Of a stretch of 64,000 nucleotides of DNA, positions 45,384 to 54,953 are shown piece after piece. Made by a program: the position numbers and the translations under genes. Location: NCBI GenBank assembly GCA_963732385.1, contig CAVSZB010000007.1:928001-992000 (forward strand). The letters run 5' to 3'. The DNA comes from an uncultured bacterium. Lineage in GTDB: Bacteria; Krumholzibacteriota; Krumholzibacteriia; LZORAL124-64-63. The notes beneath the pieces were generated by a model. It did not search any database. It was not told the origin of the DNA and saw only the letters and a list, made by a program, of their open reading frames with translations. The stretch's first letter is position 1. Each line of letters opens with the position of its first letter.

Positions 45384-47399
45384 TCAGCCGTCCGCCAGCC
45401 GGTCCCGGAGCGTCTCGGCAAGGTCGCGCACGACCAGCGTGTCATCGCGGCCGGTCTCCTTGACACCGTCGCCGAGCATCGTCAGGCAGAAGGGGCAGGC
45501 GCTGGCCACTTCCCGCGCGCCGGTGCCGGCCGCCTCGGCGATGCGGTGGTGGTTGATGCGGGTGCCGAGTTTCTCCTCGAGGAACATGCGGCCGCCGCCG
45601 GCGCCGCAGCAGAAGCCCTCGCGGCGGTGGCTCGGCATCTCGACCAGTTCGAGGTCCGGCACGGACCTGAGCACATCGCGCGGGGCATCATAGATGCCGT
45701 TGTGGCGGCCGAGATAGCAGGAGTCGTGGTAGGTCAGCTTCAGCGGCTCGCCGCCGCGCAGCTTCAGCCTCCCCTCGGCGAGGAGGCGAAAGAGCAGTTC
45801 GGAATGGTGGCGAACCTCGACGCCCTCCAGGCCGAACTGCGGGTACTCGTTGCGGAGCGTGTTGAAGCAGTGCGGACAGGCCGTGACGAACTTCCGCGCG
45901 CCGTAACGCCTGAAGGTGTCGATGTTCAGCTGCGCCTGCATCTGGAACAGGTATTCGTGGCCAAGCCGGCGCGACGGATCGCCGCAGCACCCCTCCTCAA
46001 GACCAAGCACGGCGTAGTCGAGACCGGCGCGATCGAACAGTTCGCAGGTGGCGCGCACGACGGCGCGGTTACGCTCGTCGAACGAGCCGGCGCAGCCGAC
46101 GAAGAAGAGCCACTCCGCGCTACCCTTCGCGCCCAGGACCGGCACCGGGGCGTCGCCGATCCAGTCGGCGCGCGCCGCCGCCGGCGCGTTCCACGGGTTG
46201 CTGTTGTTCTCCAGACCCCGCAGCGCGTTCTGCATCTCGGACGGGACACGCGCCTCGGTCATCGTCAGGTACCGACGCTGGTCGATGAGGTGCGGCACGT
46301 GCTCGATCACTACCGGACACGCCGTCTGACACCAGCCGCAGGTCGTGCACGACCAGAGCGTGTCGTCGGTATTGACGTCGCCCGCCAGACGCGGGCGCTC
46401 CAGCGACGCGGCCAGCGCCGCCGCCTCGGCGGGCCGACCCCGCGCCTTCAGTTTGCCGACCTCCTCCAGCCGCGCGCCCAGGCTGAACAGATGGTCGCGC
46501 TCGTCGCAGATCAACGACTTCGGCCGCAACGGCTTGCCGGTCACGGCGGTAGGACAGTGCTCATTGCAGCGTCCGCATTCCGTGCAGGTGAACATGTCCA
46601 GCAGCCGCCGCCATGAGAATTCCTCCACCCGGCCCACGCCGAACGATTCGCGCCCCTCGAACTGCAGCGGATCGGACGCCAGCGGCGGCGTGAGACGCCT
46701 GAGCCAGACGGCCGGCAGCGAGGTCAGGACGTGGAAGTGCTTGCCATACGGCAGGTAATTGAGGAAGCCGAGGACCAGCGCGCAGTGCGCCCAGTACATG
46801 GTCTGCCACCAGTTGCGCGCGGCGGCGGAGTCGAGGCCGACGAACAGCCCTGCCAGCGCGCGCGAGACGAACGCGTAGCCGGCCTCCGGGTGGTCGGGGC
46901 GCAGCCGCAGCAGCGCCGCATCGCCCAGCAGGTCGGTCAGCATGAGCACCGCGATCCAGAGCAGGATGAGCACCCCCTCCACCGACAACGGCAGACGCTC
47001 CGGCCGCGTGACCAGCCGCCGCCAAAGGCCGAAGAGCACCGCGACGATCACGACGACGGCGAAGATGTCCTTCAGCGTGGCGTAGATCAGGCCGGGGCCA
47101 TCACCGAGCAGCGGCAGGTGGAAGTCGGGGGCAAAACCGCGGCCGATGAGGGTCAGCGTGCGCAGCGACACGACGAGGAAGCCGGCGAAGATACCCAGGT
47201 GCATCAGCCCGGCGCCCCGCTCCTGCAGCAGGCGTTGCTGTCCGAAGCCGATCACCAGCAGCGCCCTCAGACGCGCCCAGGGCCGGTCGGTGCGGCGGTC
47301 CGGCTCGGCGGCGCGCAGCAGCCACCAGCGGGCGGCGACCGTGTTGGCGAAGAAGGCGAGGGCCAGCAGCAGCAGCAGGGTCATCGCGACGGGATTCAT
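45384..47399 (-). CDS. Membrane Fe-S/CCG oxidoreductase, FadF/EMO-like (probable ETF:quinone link)
   Basis: TM block with GLMH..IFAGF, YWAH, KHFH; CTECGRCNEHCP, CTTCGWCQTACP, GCAG, CCGD, YHDSCYLGR, CCGAGG, ACPFC. Confidence 0.88.
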   Translation of the reverse strand: MNPVAMTLLLLLALAFFANTVAARWWLLRAAEPDRRTDRPWARLRALLVIGFGQQRLLQERGAGLMHLGIFAGFLVVSLRTLTLIGRGFAPDFHLPLLGDGPGLIYATLKDIFAVVVIVAVLFGLWRRLVTRPERLPLSVEGVLILLWIAVLMLTDLLGDAALLRLRPDHPEAGYAFVSRALAGLFVGLDSAAARNWWQTMYWAHCALVLGFLNYLPYGKHFHVLTSLPAVWLRRLTPPLASDPLQFEGRESFGVGRVEEFSWRRLLDMFTCTECGRCNEHCPTAVTGKPLRPKSLICDERDHLFSLGARLEEVGKLKARGRPAEAAALAASLERPRLAGDVNTDDTLWSCTTCGWCQTACPVVIEHVPHLIDQRRYLTMTEARVPSEMQNALRGLENNSNPWNAPAAARADWIGDAPVPVLGAKGSAEWLFFVGCAGSFDERNRAVVRATCELFDRAGLDYAVLGLEEGCCGDPSRRLGHEYLFQMQAQLNIDTFRRYGARKFVTACPHCFNTLRNEYPQFGLEGVEVRHHSELLFRLLAEGRLKLRGGEPLKLTYHDSCYLGRHNGIYDAPRDVLRSVPDLELVEMPSHRREGFCCGAGGGRMFLEEKLGTRINHHRIAEAAGTGAREVASACPFCLTMLGDGVKETGRDDTLVVRDLAETLRDRLADG

Positions 47400-47540
47400 T
47401 GATATTCCTTCCGAAGCCGCGCCCGGCGCACTTCGAGGCGAAGATAGCTGCGACGCGGCATCCGCGGAAGCGGAACCTCGTGCGGTCGGGATCGTGGTTG
47501 GGCCAGGCCGGTATCGCCGGCAGGTGCTTTGACCCGCCGC

Positions 47541-48239
47541 TCAGACCGCGGCGGCGGCGGCGGCAATCGGCGCCCGGACATGCTCGAGCAGGGCCCGGCA
47601 GACCGCGAGTCCGGCCGGATCGTCGGCGCGCACAGACTCGGTCCAATCCATATCGAGCGTGGTGATGCGACCGAACAGCCGCTGCCGGTGGCGCGCCAGA
47701 CCGGAGCTCAGCGCCAGGTAGAGCGAGCCGTTCTCGCGCAGCCACGGCTCGCCCGGAGCCCGCGGCCGACCGCGCTGGTGGTCGTAGAGAGGAATCAGGC
47801 CGCCCGGCGAGGGGCACCAGAAGCACGGAGCCTCCTCGCAGACCGACAGCAGGGACTCGGCGCGGGCGCGGCGGAAAGCAACGCACGCCTCCTCGACCCG
47901 GCCCGGCCGCCGCAGCGGCAGCGCTGCCGAGAGCAGGGCCACGGTGTCGGGTACGGCTCCCCGCGACTCGAGAAGCTGCAGCGCGTGGAGCGCGATCTCC
48001 GCGGCTCCGGTCGAAGCGACTGACAATGGCGACTCCACCGCCCGCGCTCCCCAGTTTCTCGCCCACGCGAGCGCCTCGGGATCGGCGCCGGCGACGACTA
48101 GATCGTCCAGCGCCGCGACCTCGGCGGCGGAGGCAAGAGTCCAGGCGAGCAGCGGTCGTCCCCCGAGTTCGGTGAGCACGCCCTGCGGAAGGGCCGGCCC
48201 CGGGCGGTCAAGAGGAACGATGGCGATGAGGTTCGACAA
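47541..48239 (-). CDS. NeuA/CMP-sialic-acid synthetase-like protein with a degenerate CTP-binding loop
   Basis: LGGRPLLAW, PLRR, SLLSV, ENGSLY; N-terminal VPLDRPGPALPQG in place of IPARxGSKG..KN; TTG start with GGAG SD. Confidence 0.7.
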   Translation of the reverse strand: MSNLIAIVPLDRPGPALPQGVLTELGGRPLLAWTLASAAEVAALDDLVVAGADPEALAWARNWGARAVESPLSVASTGAAEIALHALQLLESRGAVPDTVALLSAALPLRRPGRVEEACVAFRRARAESLLSVCEEAPCFWCPSPGGLIPLYDHQRGRPRAPGEPWLRENGSLYLALSSGLARHRQRLFGRITTLDMDWTESVRADDPAGLAVCRALLEHVRAPIAAAAAAV

Positions 48240-48576
48240 GCTGCGTCTCCCGTCTGTCCGGACGAATCCGGACTCGTCACCGGCGCGGCGGCCGGGGCTC
48301 CTGCGCTGGACAAGGCCCCGGCAACCGGGTAGATTCTCCGGGTCCCGCACCGGTTGGCGCGGGCAAGTTCTGCCGTCGTTTGCGGCGCCCCGCGAGCGGC
48401 ACCGCGCGGCGCCGGAGATTTCCTGGTCGTCCAACCGTCATGGCTGCAACGGATTGGACATCTCCAGGATCCGGTTCACGCGGCCGCCGCCGGCCGGCCG
48501 CTCCGGCCCGCGGGCCCGACCTTGCAAGATCGATCCCAGATGCCCCGGCTGCAGGGGACGGTGGAGGAAAAACCGC

Positions 48577-49017
48577 ATGAGTGACCCGAATCCCGGCGGG
48601 GAATTCGCCAACCCGCCAGACGACCAGATTGCCGCCTTCCTGCGCGCGATGCGGCACGTGGTGGTGGTCGGCATTTCTGACCGCAGCGACCGACCGAGCC
48701 ACGGCATCACGAAATTCCTGCTCGGCGCCGGCTACGATGTCTGCGGCGTGAATCCCCTCCTGACGAACGTGCTCGGACGCCCCGTCTTCCCCACGCTGGC
48801 CGAGGTGCCCGGTCCGCTCGATCTCGTGGACATCTTCAGGCGCAGCGAGGCCGTGCCGGAGGTCGTCGAGTCGGCGATCGCCGGCGGCGCGCGCGGGATC
48901 TGGATGCAGGAGGATGTCGTCCACCCCGGGGCGGCCGCCCGGGCCCGCGCCGCCGGACTGTTCGTCGTCATGGACCGCTGTATCTACAAAGAGTGGCTGC
49001 GGCTGCTGAACGGCTGA
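48577..49017 (+). CDS. CoA-binding protein (YccU-like)
   Basis: VVGISDRSDRPS, VNP, VDIFRRSE, IWMQ, VVMDRC. Confidence 0.92.
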   Translation: MSDPNPGGEFANPPDDQIAAFLRAMRHVVVVGISDRSDRPSHGITKFLLGAGYDVCGVNPLLTNVLGRPVFPTLAEVPGPLDLVDIFRRSEAVPEVVESAIAGGARGIWMQEDVVHPGAAARARAAGLFVVMDRCIYKEWLRLLNG

Positions 49018-49050
49018 GCGCCGCACCGCGCAGGGGACAGAGGAGATCTC

Positions 49051-50364
49051 ATGATCAGGATCTGCATGATCGGCACCGGTTACGTTGGACTCGTCTCAGG
49101 CGCCTGCATGGCGGACTTCGGCCACGACGTATGGTGCGTGGACATCAACGCCGAGCGGATCGCCGACCTCAAGAATGGGGTCATCCCGTTCTACGAGCCG
49201 GGACTCGACATCCTGGTCACCAGGAATGTCCAGGCGGACCGCCTGCATTTCACGACCTCGCTCGCCGAGGGGATGGCAGCCGCCGATGTGGTCTTCATCG
49301 CCGTGCAGACGCCGCAGTCGGAATCGGGCGAGGCGGACCTGCAGTATGTCATGCAGGTGGGCGCCGAGATCGGCCGGCTCATGACCGGCTACAAGGTGAT
49401 CGTCACCAAGAGCACGGTGCCGGTCGGCACGGCCCGCCATCTCGAACAGGTCATCCGGCAGGCGCAGCCGCAGCCGGTGCCGTTCGATCTCGCCAGCAAC
49501 CCTGAATTCCTGCGCGAGGGATCGAGCATCGAGGATTTCATGCGGCCTGACCGCGTCGTCATCGGCGCTGGGACCGAGCAGGCCGCCAACCTGGTCCGCG
49601 AGATCTACCGTCCACTCTACCTGCTCGAGACCCCGATCGTGATGTGCGGGATCGAGACGGCGGAGTTGATCAAGTATGCCTCGAATTCGTTTTTGGCGGT
49701 GAAGATCTCGTTCATCAACGAGATCGCGGCGCTGGCCGAGAGCGTCGGCGCCGACGTTTCGAAGATCGCCAGGTCGATGGGTCTGGACAAGCGCATCGGC
49801 GCCAAGTTCCTGCACGCGGGGCTCGGCTTCGGGGGCTCCTGCCTGCCCAAGGACACGCACGCGCTCGTGCACATCGGCCAGGAGGCGGGCGTCGACATGG
49901 CGATCGTGCGCGCGGCGATCGCGCGCAACGAGGAATTGCCGCGCCGCGCTTTCGCCAAGGCGCAGCGGCTGCTGCCCGCGGGGGCCGACACGGTCGCGCT
50001 GCTTGGCATCGCCTTCAAGCCCAACACCGATGACATCCGGGCCGCGGCGAGCCGGCCCCTGACCCGGCTGCTGCTCGACGCCGGCCTCAGGGTGCGCATC
50101 ACCGACCCCGTGGCGATGTCCATGTTCCACGGGATCTTCCCGGAAATCGTGCCGTGCGAATCGGCCTACGAGGCGGCGAGCGGCGCCCACCTCTGCATCC
50201 TGGTCACCGAGTGGAACGAGTTCCGCCAACTCGACCTGGACCGGCTGGGCACGGCGATGAAGCACCGGGCGTTCCTCGACTGCCGTAACGTCTACGACCA
50301 CGCGCGCCTGACCGCACACGGCTTCACCTACGACTGCTTCGGCCGACCGGCGCCCCGCGGCTGA
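49051..50364 (+). CDS. ugd: UDP-glucose 6-dehydrogenase family
   Basis: IGTGYVGL, YEPGL, KSTVPVG, SNPEFLREG, KISFINE, GFGGSCLPKD, FKPNTDD. Confidence 0.95.
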   Translation: MIRICMIGTGYVGLVSGACMADFGHDVWCVDINAERIADLKNGVIPFYEPGLDILVTRNVQADRLHFTTSLAEGMAAADVVFIAVQTPQSESGEADLQYVMQVGAEIGRLMTGYKVIVTKSTVPVGTARHLEQVIRQAQPQPVPFDLASNPEFLREGSSIEDFMRPDRVVIGAGTEQAANLVREIYRPLYLLETPIVMCGIETAELIKYASNSFLAVKISFINEIAALAESVGADVSKIARSMGLDKRIGAKFLHAGLGFGGSCLPKDTHALVHIGQEAGVDMAIVRAAIARNEELPRRAFAKAQRLLPAGADTVALLGIAFKPNTDDIRAAASRPLTRLLLDAGLRVRITDPVAMSMFHGIFPEIVPCESAYEAASGAHLCILVTEWNEFRQLDLDRLGTAMKHRAFLDCRNVYDHARLTAHGFTYDCFGRPAPRG

Positions 50365-50395
50365 CCGCCCGGTCCGCGGTCAGGGAAGGACAGGC

Positions 50396-50851
50396 ATGAT
50401 CAACGGCGTCATCGTCAAGCCGCTCAAGGCGATTCCCGACGAACGTGGCTGGCTCATGGAGATGCTGCGCGCCGACGACCCGTTTTTCCAGGGATTCGGC
50501 CAGTGCTATCTGACTGCCGTCTACCCAGGCGTCGTCAAAGGGTGGCACTGGCATCGGCTGCAGACGGACCACTTCGTCTGCGTGCACGGCATGGCCAAAG
50601 TGGCCCTCTACGACCGCCGCGAAGATTCGCCCACTCACGGCGAAGTGAATGAGTTCTTCATGGGGGACCGCAACAACATCCTGCTCGTCATCCCAGCCGG
50701 AGTGCTGCACGGCATGAAGGGCATCGGCACGGAGACCGCCCGGATCCTGAACGTGCCGACCCATCCCTACAACCATGCCGAACCCGACGAATGCCGGGTC
50801 GATCCGCATGACAATGACATCCCCTACGATTGGTCCCGACGCGACTTCTGA
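50396..50851 (+). CDS. dTDP-4-dehydrorhamnose 3,5-epimerase-like cupin
   Basis: DERGWLME, GVVKGWHWH, QTD, D.REDSPT, IPAGVLHG. Confidence 0.85.
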   Translation: MINGVIVKPLKAIPDERGWLMEMLRADDPFFQGFGQCYLTAVYPGVVKGWHWHRLQTDHFVCVHGMAKVALYDRREDSPTHGEVNEFFMGDRNNILLVIPAGVLHGMKGIGTETARILNVPTHPYNHAEPDECRVDPHDNDIPYDWSRRDF

Positions 50852-50879
50852 TCCAAGCTACCAGGGCGAAAGGCCACGC

Positions 50880-52034
50880 ATGTCCGAAGCAGTGACAAAT
50901 AGCGTCCGCCGCTACGATCTCGTCACGCCCATGATCCCGTGCCGGGACGAGATCATGGCCGGGTTCGAGCGGATCCTGATGTCCGGCCAGTATGTTTTGG
51001 GCGAAGAGGTGCACGCGCTCGAGCGCGAGATGGCGGTCGCCTGCGGCACCGCCGACGCGGTGGGCGTCGACTCCGGCTCCTCCGCCCTGCACATGGCGCT
51101 GGAACTGGCTGGCGTTGGACCGGGCGTGGAGGTCATCACGACCCCCTACACGTTCCTCGCCACCGTCGAGGCGATCGTGCGCCTTGGCGGCACACCGGTG
51201 CTGGTGGACATCCGACCGCACGACCTGAACTTCGATCCGGCGCTCGTCGAGGCGGCGATCACGCCGCGTACGCGGGTCATCCTGCCGGTGCACATCTTCG
51301 GAGCGCCATGCGACATGGAACCGCTCCTGGCCATCGCGGCCCGTCACGGCCTCGACCTGATCGAGGACATGGCCCAGGCCTTCGGCTCCTTCCATCACGG
51401 CCGGCCGTGCGGTTCGTTCGGGCGGATGGCCTGCCTGAGCTTCTATCCGACCAAGAACCTCCCCGCGATGGGCGATGCCGGCATGGTCTTCTGCCACAAC
51501 GCCGACGACGCGGCGGCGTTGCGCCAGCTCCGCGGACACGAGGCCATCAGTGTGAACGGCCGGCTGCATCCCGGCTGGAACTACCGCATCGACGAAGTGC
51601 AGTCGATGGTCATCCGGGTGCGTCTGGCGCGCTTCAGCGACGAGCAGCGCGACCGTGACCGCGCGGCCGATATCTACAACGGGCTCATCCCCGACTCCAA
51701 CCGCCTGGCGGCCGCTGACGCCTCCCGCGGCGACCGGGTGACGCACCACCAGTACTGGGTGCGCTCCCGCCGTCGCGACGAACTGCAACGGATGCTCGCC
51801 GGGGAGGGGATCGACACCGGTCTCTACTATCATCCCCCCATCCACCGTCACCCGCTCGGCCAGCACTGCCGCGCGTCCGGTCCGCTCGTCGAGGCGGAAC
51901 GGGCAGGAGCGGAGGTCCTCACCCTGCCGATCCACCCCGCGCTGCCCGACGCGGCGGCACGCCGGATCGGCGGACTCGTCCGCGATTTCCTCCGCGCCGA
52001 GCAGACCGCGGCGCCTGTGAGCCCGGGAGGCTGA
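50880..52034 (+). CDS. DegT/DnrJ/EryC1/StrS sugar aminotransferase
   Basis: SGSSAL, TFLAT, PVHIFG, IEDMAQAFG, SFYPTKNL, NYRIDE, LTLPIHP. Confidence 0.92.
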   Translation: MSEAVTNSVRRYDLVTPMIPCRDEIMAGFERILMSGQYVLGEEVHALEREMAVACGTADAVGVDSGSSALHMALELAGVGPGVEVITTPYTFLATVEAIVRLGGTPVLVDIRPHDLNFDPALVEAAITPRTRVILPVHIFGAPCDMEPLLAIAARHGLDLIEDMAQAFGSFHHGRPCGSFGRMACLSFYPTKNLPAMGDAGMVFCHNADDAAALRQLRGHEAISVNGRLHPGWNYRIDEVQSMVIRVRLARFSDEQRDRDRAADIYNGLIPDSNRLAAADASRGDRVTHHQYWVRSRRRDELQRMLAGEGIDTGLYYHPPIHRHPLGQHCRASGPLVEAERAGAEVLTLPIHPALPDAAARRIGGLVRDFLRAEQTAAPVSPGG

Positions 52035-52036
52035 TT

Positions 52037-53143
52037 TTGAAAACGCGCGCTCCGCTGACCCTCGGGTCCGCCCCCTCGCCACTGGCCCGCAATCAGGCGG
52101 CGGCCGTGTTGCGCAGCCTCCTGGAGGCTCATCCCCGGCTCGCCTGCGAGCAGGTGATCGTGCAGATCGCCTCCGGAGATACCGACGCAGCCGGCCCTTT
52201 CCTGGCGGAATCGCGTACGACCGCCCTGGCGCTCCACGCCAAACTGCTGGCGGGTGAATTCCGTCTGGCTGCGCACTACGCCGCCGACCTGGCCCTGCCA
52301 CTGCCCGACGGCCTCGTCCGCGCCGCGGTGCTGGAGCGCGAGACCCCCTTCGACGCCTTCCTCAACCGCCAGGGCCATATCACCGACGAGATGCCCGACG
52401 GCGCGCTGATCGGCGTGCTGAACCTGCGCGCGCGCGCCCAGATGCAGGCGCTATGGCCGCAGCTAGAGGTCCGGGTGCTGCGCGGCGGCGCCGAACGCGC
52501 CCTCGAATCGATGATGCGGCACGGTCTCGTGGACGGGCTGGTGCTGCCGGCCGTCGTCGCCGAGCACCTCGGAATCCAGGCTCTGGTTTCCGAATTGTAT
52601 TATCCCGAGATGATGCTGCCGGGCGGCGGGCAGGGGGTGGTGGTCGTCCTCGCGCGCGAGGACGACGAAGAAGCCCGCGAGGTGGCGCACTCCCTCCACT
52701 CGCAGGCCACGGCCTGGGAACTCGACGCCGAAATCGCCTTCGTGGAGCGGATCGCCTCCGATCTGGATCTGGCGGTGGGCGTCCTGGCGCGCGTGGACGG
52801 TAAGCGCATCCTGGTCACCGGCGCGATCGCTTCGCCCAGCGGCGACTCGGTGAATCGCGCCTCCCGCGACGGGCTGGCCGCGCAGGCCGTCAGCGTCGGC
52901 GCGGGTCTGGCCGAGCAATTGCTGCTCAGCGGCGATTCGCTGCTCGACCTGCTGGAAGCGGATTTCCCGGATGGATTGCCGACGTCGGACTCCGACGAGG
53001 AACTGGCGGACTCCGACGAGCACGGCGCCGCTCGCGGCAACCGCGGCGCCGCCGCCCGCCTGGCCGACACCGAGATACCGGAAGAGATGGATCTCGGCAC
53101 CGAGGAAGAGGACAACGACACCCAGGAAGACGAAGAGGACTAG
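52037..53143 (+). CDS. Hydroxymethylbilane synthase (HemC)-like protein, degenerate, with an acidic tail
   Basis: LGSAPSPLARNQA, SGD, LERETPFDAF, IGVLNLRARAQ, LRGG, MLPGGGQG, AEIAF; no cofactor Cys. Confidence 0.75.
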   Translation: MKTRAPLTLGSAPSPLARNQAAAVLRSLLEAHPRLACEQVIVQIASGDTDAAGPFLAESRTTALALHAKLLAGEFRLAAHYAADLALPLPDGLVRAAVLERETPFDAFLNRQGHITDEMPDGALIGVLNLRARAQMQALWPQLEVRVLRGGAERALESMMRHGLVDGLVLPAVVAEHLGIQALVSELYYPEMMLPGGGQGVVVVLAREDDEEAREVAHSLHSQATAWELDAEIAFVERIASDLDLAVGVLARVDGKRILVTGAIASPSGDSVNRASRDGLAAQAVSVGAGLAEQLLLSGDSLLDLLEADFPDGLPTSDSDEELADSDEHGAARGNRGAAARLADTEIPEEMDLGTEEEDNDTQEDEED

Positions 53144-54066
53144 CCGTCGGCGGGAGCGAGGCTTGCGGCGATGCCGGCCGCGGCGAACGGGTCGCGCATC
53201 TGGGCCGTCCCCACCTGAACCGCGACCGCGCCGAGCGCGAAAAACTTCAGGGCATCGTCCGCGGAGGCGACCCCCCCCACGGCCACGACCGGAATCCCCG
53301 TCTCCCGCACGATTTCGTCCACCTTCGCCAGCGCCACCGGCAGCACGCCCGGTCCGGTGTAACCGCCGAAGCGGCGGGGCAGGACCGGACGCCCCGAGCG
53401 CAGGTCCACCTCGATTCCGATGAGACTGTTGACCGCTGTCACTCCGTCGGCGCCGCCACGCCGCGCCGCCGCGGCGAGCAGGGCCACGCGCGCCACATTG
53501 GGGGTCAGCTTCGTCAGCAGCACGCGATCCGGGAGATGCGGACGTGCGGCCGCCGTGCATTCTTCGACCGTTGCCGGATCGGCGCCGAAGTCCACCCCGC
53601 CGTGCGCGACGTTGGGGCAACTGACGTTCAACTCCACCCCGTGCCAGCCCGGAACGTCGCGCGCCGCCACCGACAGCGCCGCGCACATCACACCGAAATC
53701 GCGTGGCGCAGTGCCGGCGAGGCTGACCACGAACGGCACGCGGCGCGCGGCCAGACCCGGCAGTTTCTCGGCCAGGAACGCGGCCAGGCCTACGTTTTCC
53801 AGGCCGATGGAGTTGAGCGCGCCGGTGGGCAGTTCGCACAGTCGGGGCTGGGGATTGCCGGTCCGCGGATCCGGGGTGACGGTCTTGGTCACGACCATGC
53901 CGACACCGGCGTAGGCCGAGTCGAACCCCTCGGCCGTGATGTCGTGAGCGTCCAGACCGTAGCCGAAGCAGCCGGAGGCAGTCCAGATCCGGCCCGGGAG
54001 TTCACGCGGGCCGAGCTGGAAGGGGGCGCGCACATCGAGACGCCACCAGTCCGGACGCGGGCTCAC
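53140..54066 (-). CDS. pyrD: Dihydroorotate dehydrogenase (class 1B), catalytic subunit
   Basis: TASGCFG, TKTVT..RTGNP, LNSIGLEN, ELNVSCPNV, KLTPN; GTGA overlap with pyrK. Confidence 0.93.
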   Translation of the reverse strand: MSPRPDWWRLDVRAPFQLGPRELPGRIWTASGCFGYGLDAHDITAEGFDSAYAGVGMVVTKTVTPDPRTGNPQPRLCELPTGALNSIGLENVGLAAFLAEKLPGLAARRVPFVVSLAGTAPRDFGVMCAALSVAARDVPGWHGVELNVSCPNVAHGGVDFGADPATVEECTAAARPHLPDRVLLTKLTPNVARVALLAAAARRGGADGVTAVNSLIGIEVDLRSGRPVLPRRFGGYTGPGVLPVALAKVDEIVRETGIPVVAVGGVASADDALKFFALGAVAVQVGTAQMRDPFAAAGIAASLAPADG

Positions 54067-54953
54067 GACCGCGTCTCCGACGAGACGCAACCACAGCCGC
54101 CGGGGGCGCCCGAGACGCCGAGGCTCCCCTCCCGGTGAACGAAGCGATCCCAATCCAGTTCGCGGGCCTCCAGCACCGGGCCGTCCTGGCAGGCCGTCAG
54201 CCACCCGCCACCGTGAGCCGGCACGACGCAGCCGCGGCAGGCGCCGTACCCGCAACCCATGCGCTCCTCCACCGAAACCAGGCACGGCCATCCGCGCGCA
54301 ACAGCGAGTGCGGCGGCGGCGCGCAACATCGGCAGCGGGCCACACGCCAACAACCGACGCGCCCCGGCGGACGCCCCCCCTCCGGCCGCGAGCACCGCCT
54401 CCGCCCGCGCCACGACCGTACCGTGCGCGACAGTCCGGCCGGTCGGCGCCGCTCCGGGGTTGTCCACCGCCACCTGCCAGTCCGGGCCGAGCAGTTCCCA
54501 GGGAACATCCCCGACGTCGCGCGCGCCGAAGCAGGCCAGATCGTCCGGACTCCCGTACCGCTCGCGCCAGGCCAGCAGCGGCGGCAGGCCGACCCCGCCG
54601 GCCAGCAGCAGGTGCGGCTCCGGCCCCGCCGGCGCCGGGAACGGTCGCCCGAGCGGCCCCAGCCAGGTCACCGTGGCCCCCGCGGACGCGACGGCAAAAG
54701 CGCCGGTCCCGCCACCCACCACGCGGTAGAGCAGCGATACGACCGGCCCTTCGCTCGCAAGGATCGAGAACGGCCGGGCGAAGACGCGCGCCCCGGGGCC
54801 GGTGAGGTTGACCATGGCGAACTGCCCCGGCGCGAACCTGAGCGGCTGCGGCAGCTCCAGTTCGAGCAGACGCAACCCACTCGCCGAGACCGGGCGCTGG
54901 CCGCCCAGGCGGGCCAGACAGCGCAACACCGGGGCGCCGGAAGCGTCGTTCAC
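54063..54953 (-). CDS. pyrK: Dihydroorotate dehydrogenase electron transfer subunit
   Basis: PGQF, RPFSI, GPLGRPF, AGGVGLPP, ACGP, EERMGCGYGACRGC, CQDGPV. Confidence 0.92.
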   Translation of the reverse strand: MNDASGAPVLRCLARLGGQRPVSASGLRLLELELPQPLRFAPGQFAMVNLTGPGARVFARPFSILASEGPVVSLLYRVVGGGTGAFAVASAGATVTWLGPLGRPFPAPAGPEPHLLLAGGVGLPPLLAWRERYGSPDDLACFGARDVGDVPWELLGPDWQVAVDNPGAAPTGRTVAHGTVVARAEAVLAAGGGASAGARRLLACGPLPMLRAAAALAVARGWPCLVSVEERMGCGYGACRGCVVPAHGGGWLTACQDGPVLEARELDWDRFVHREGSLGVSGAPGGCGCVSSETRS

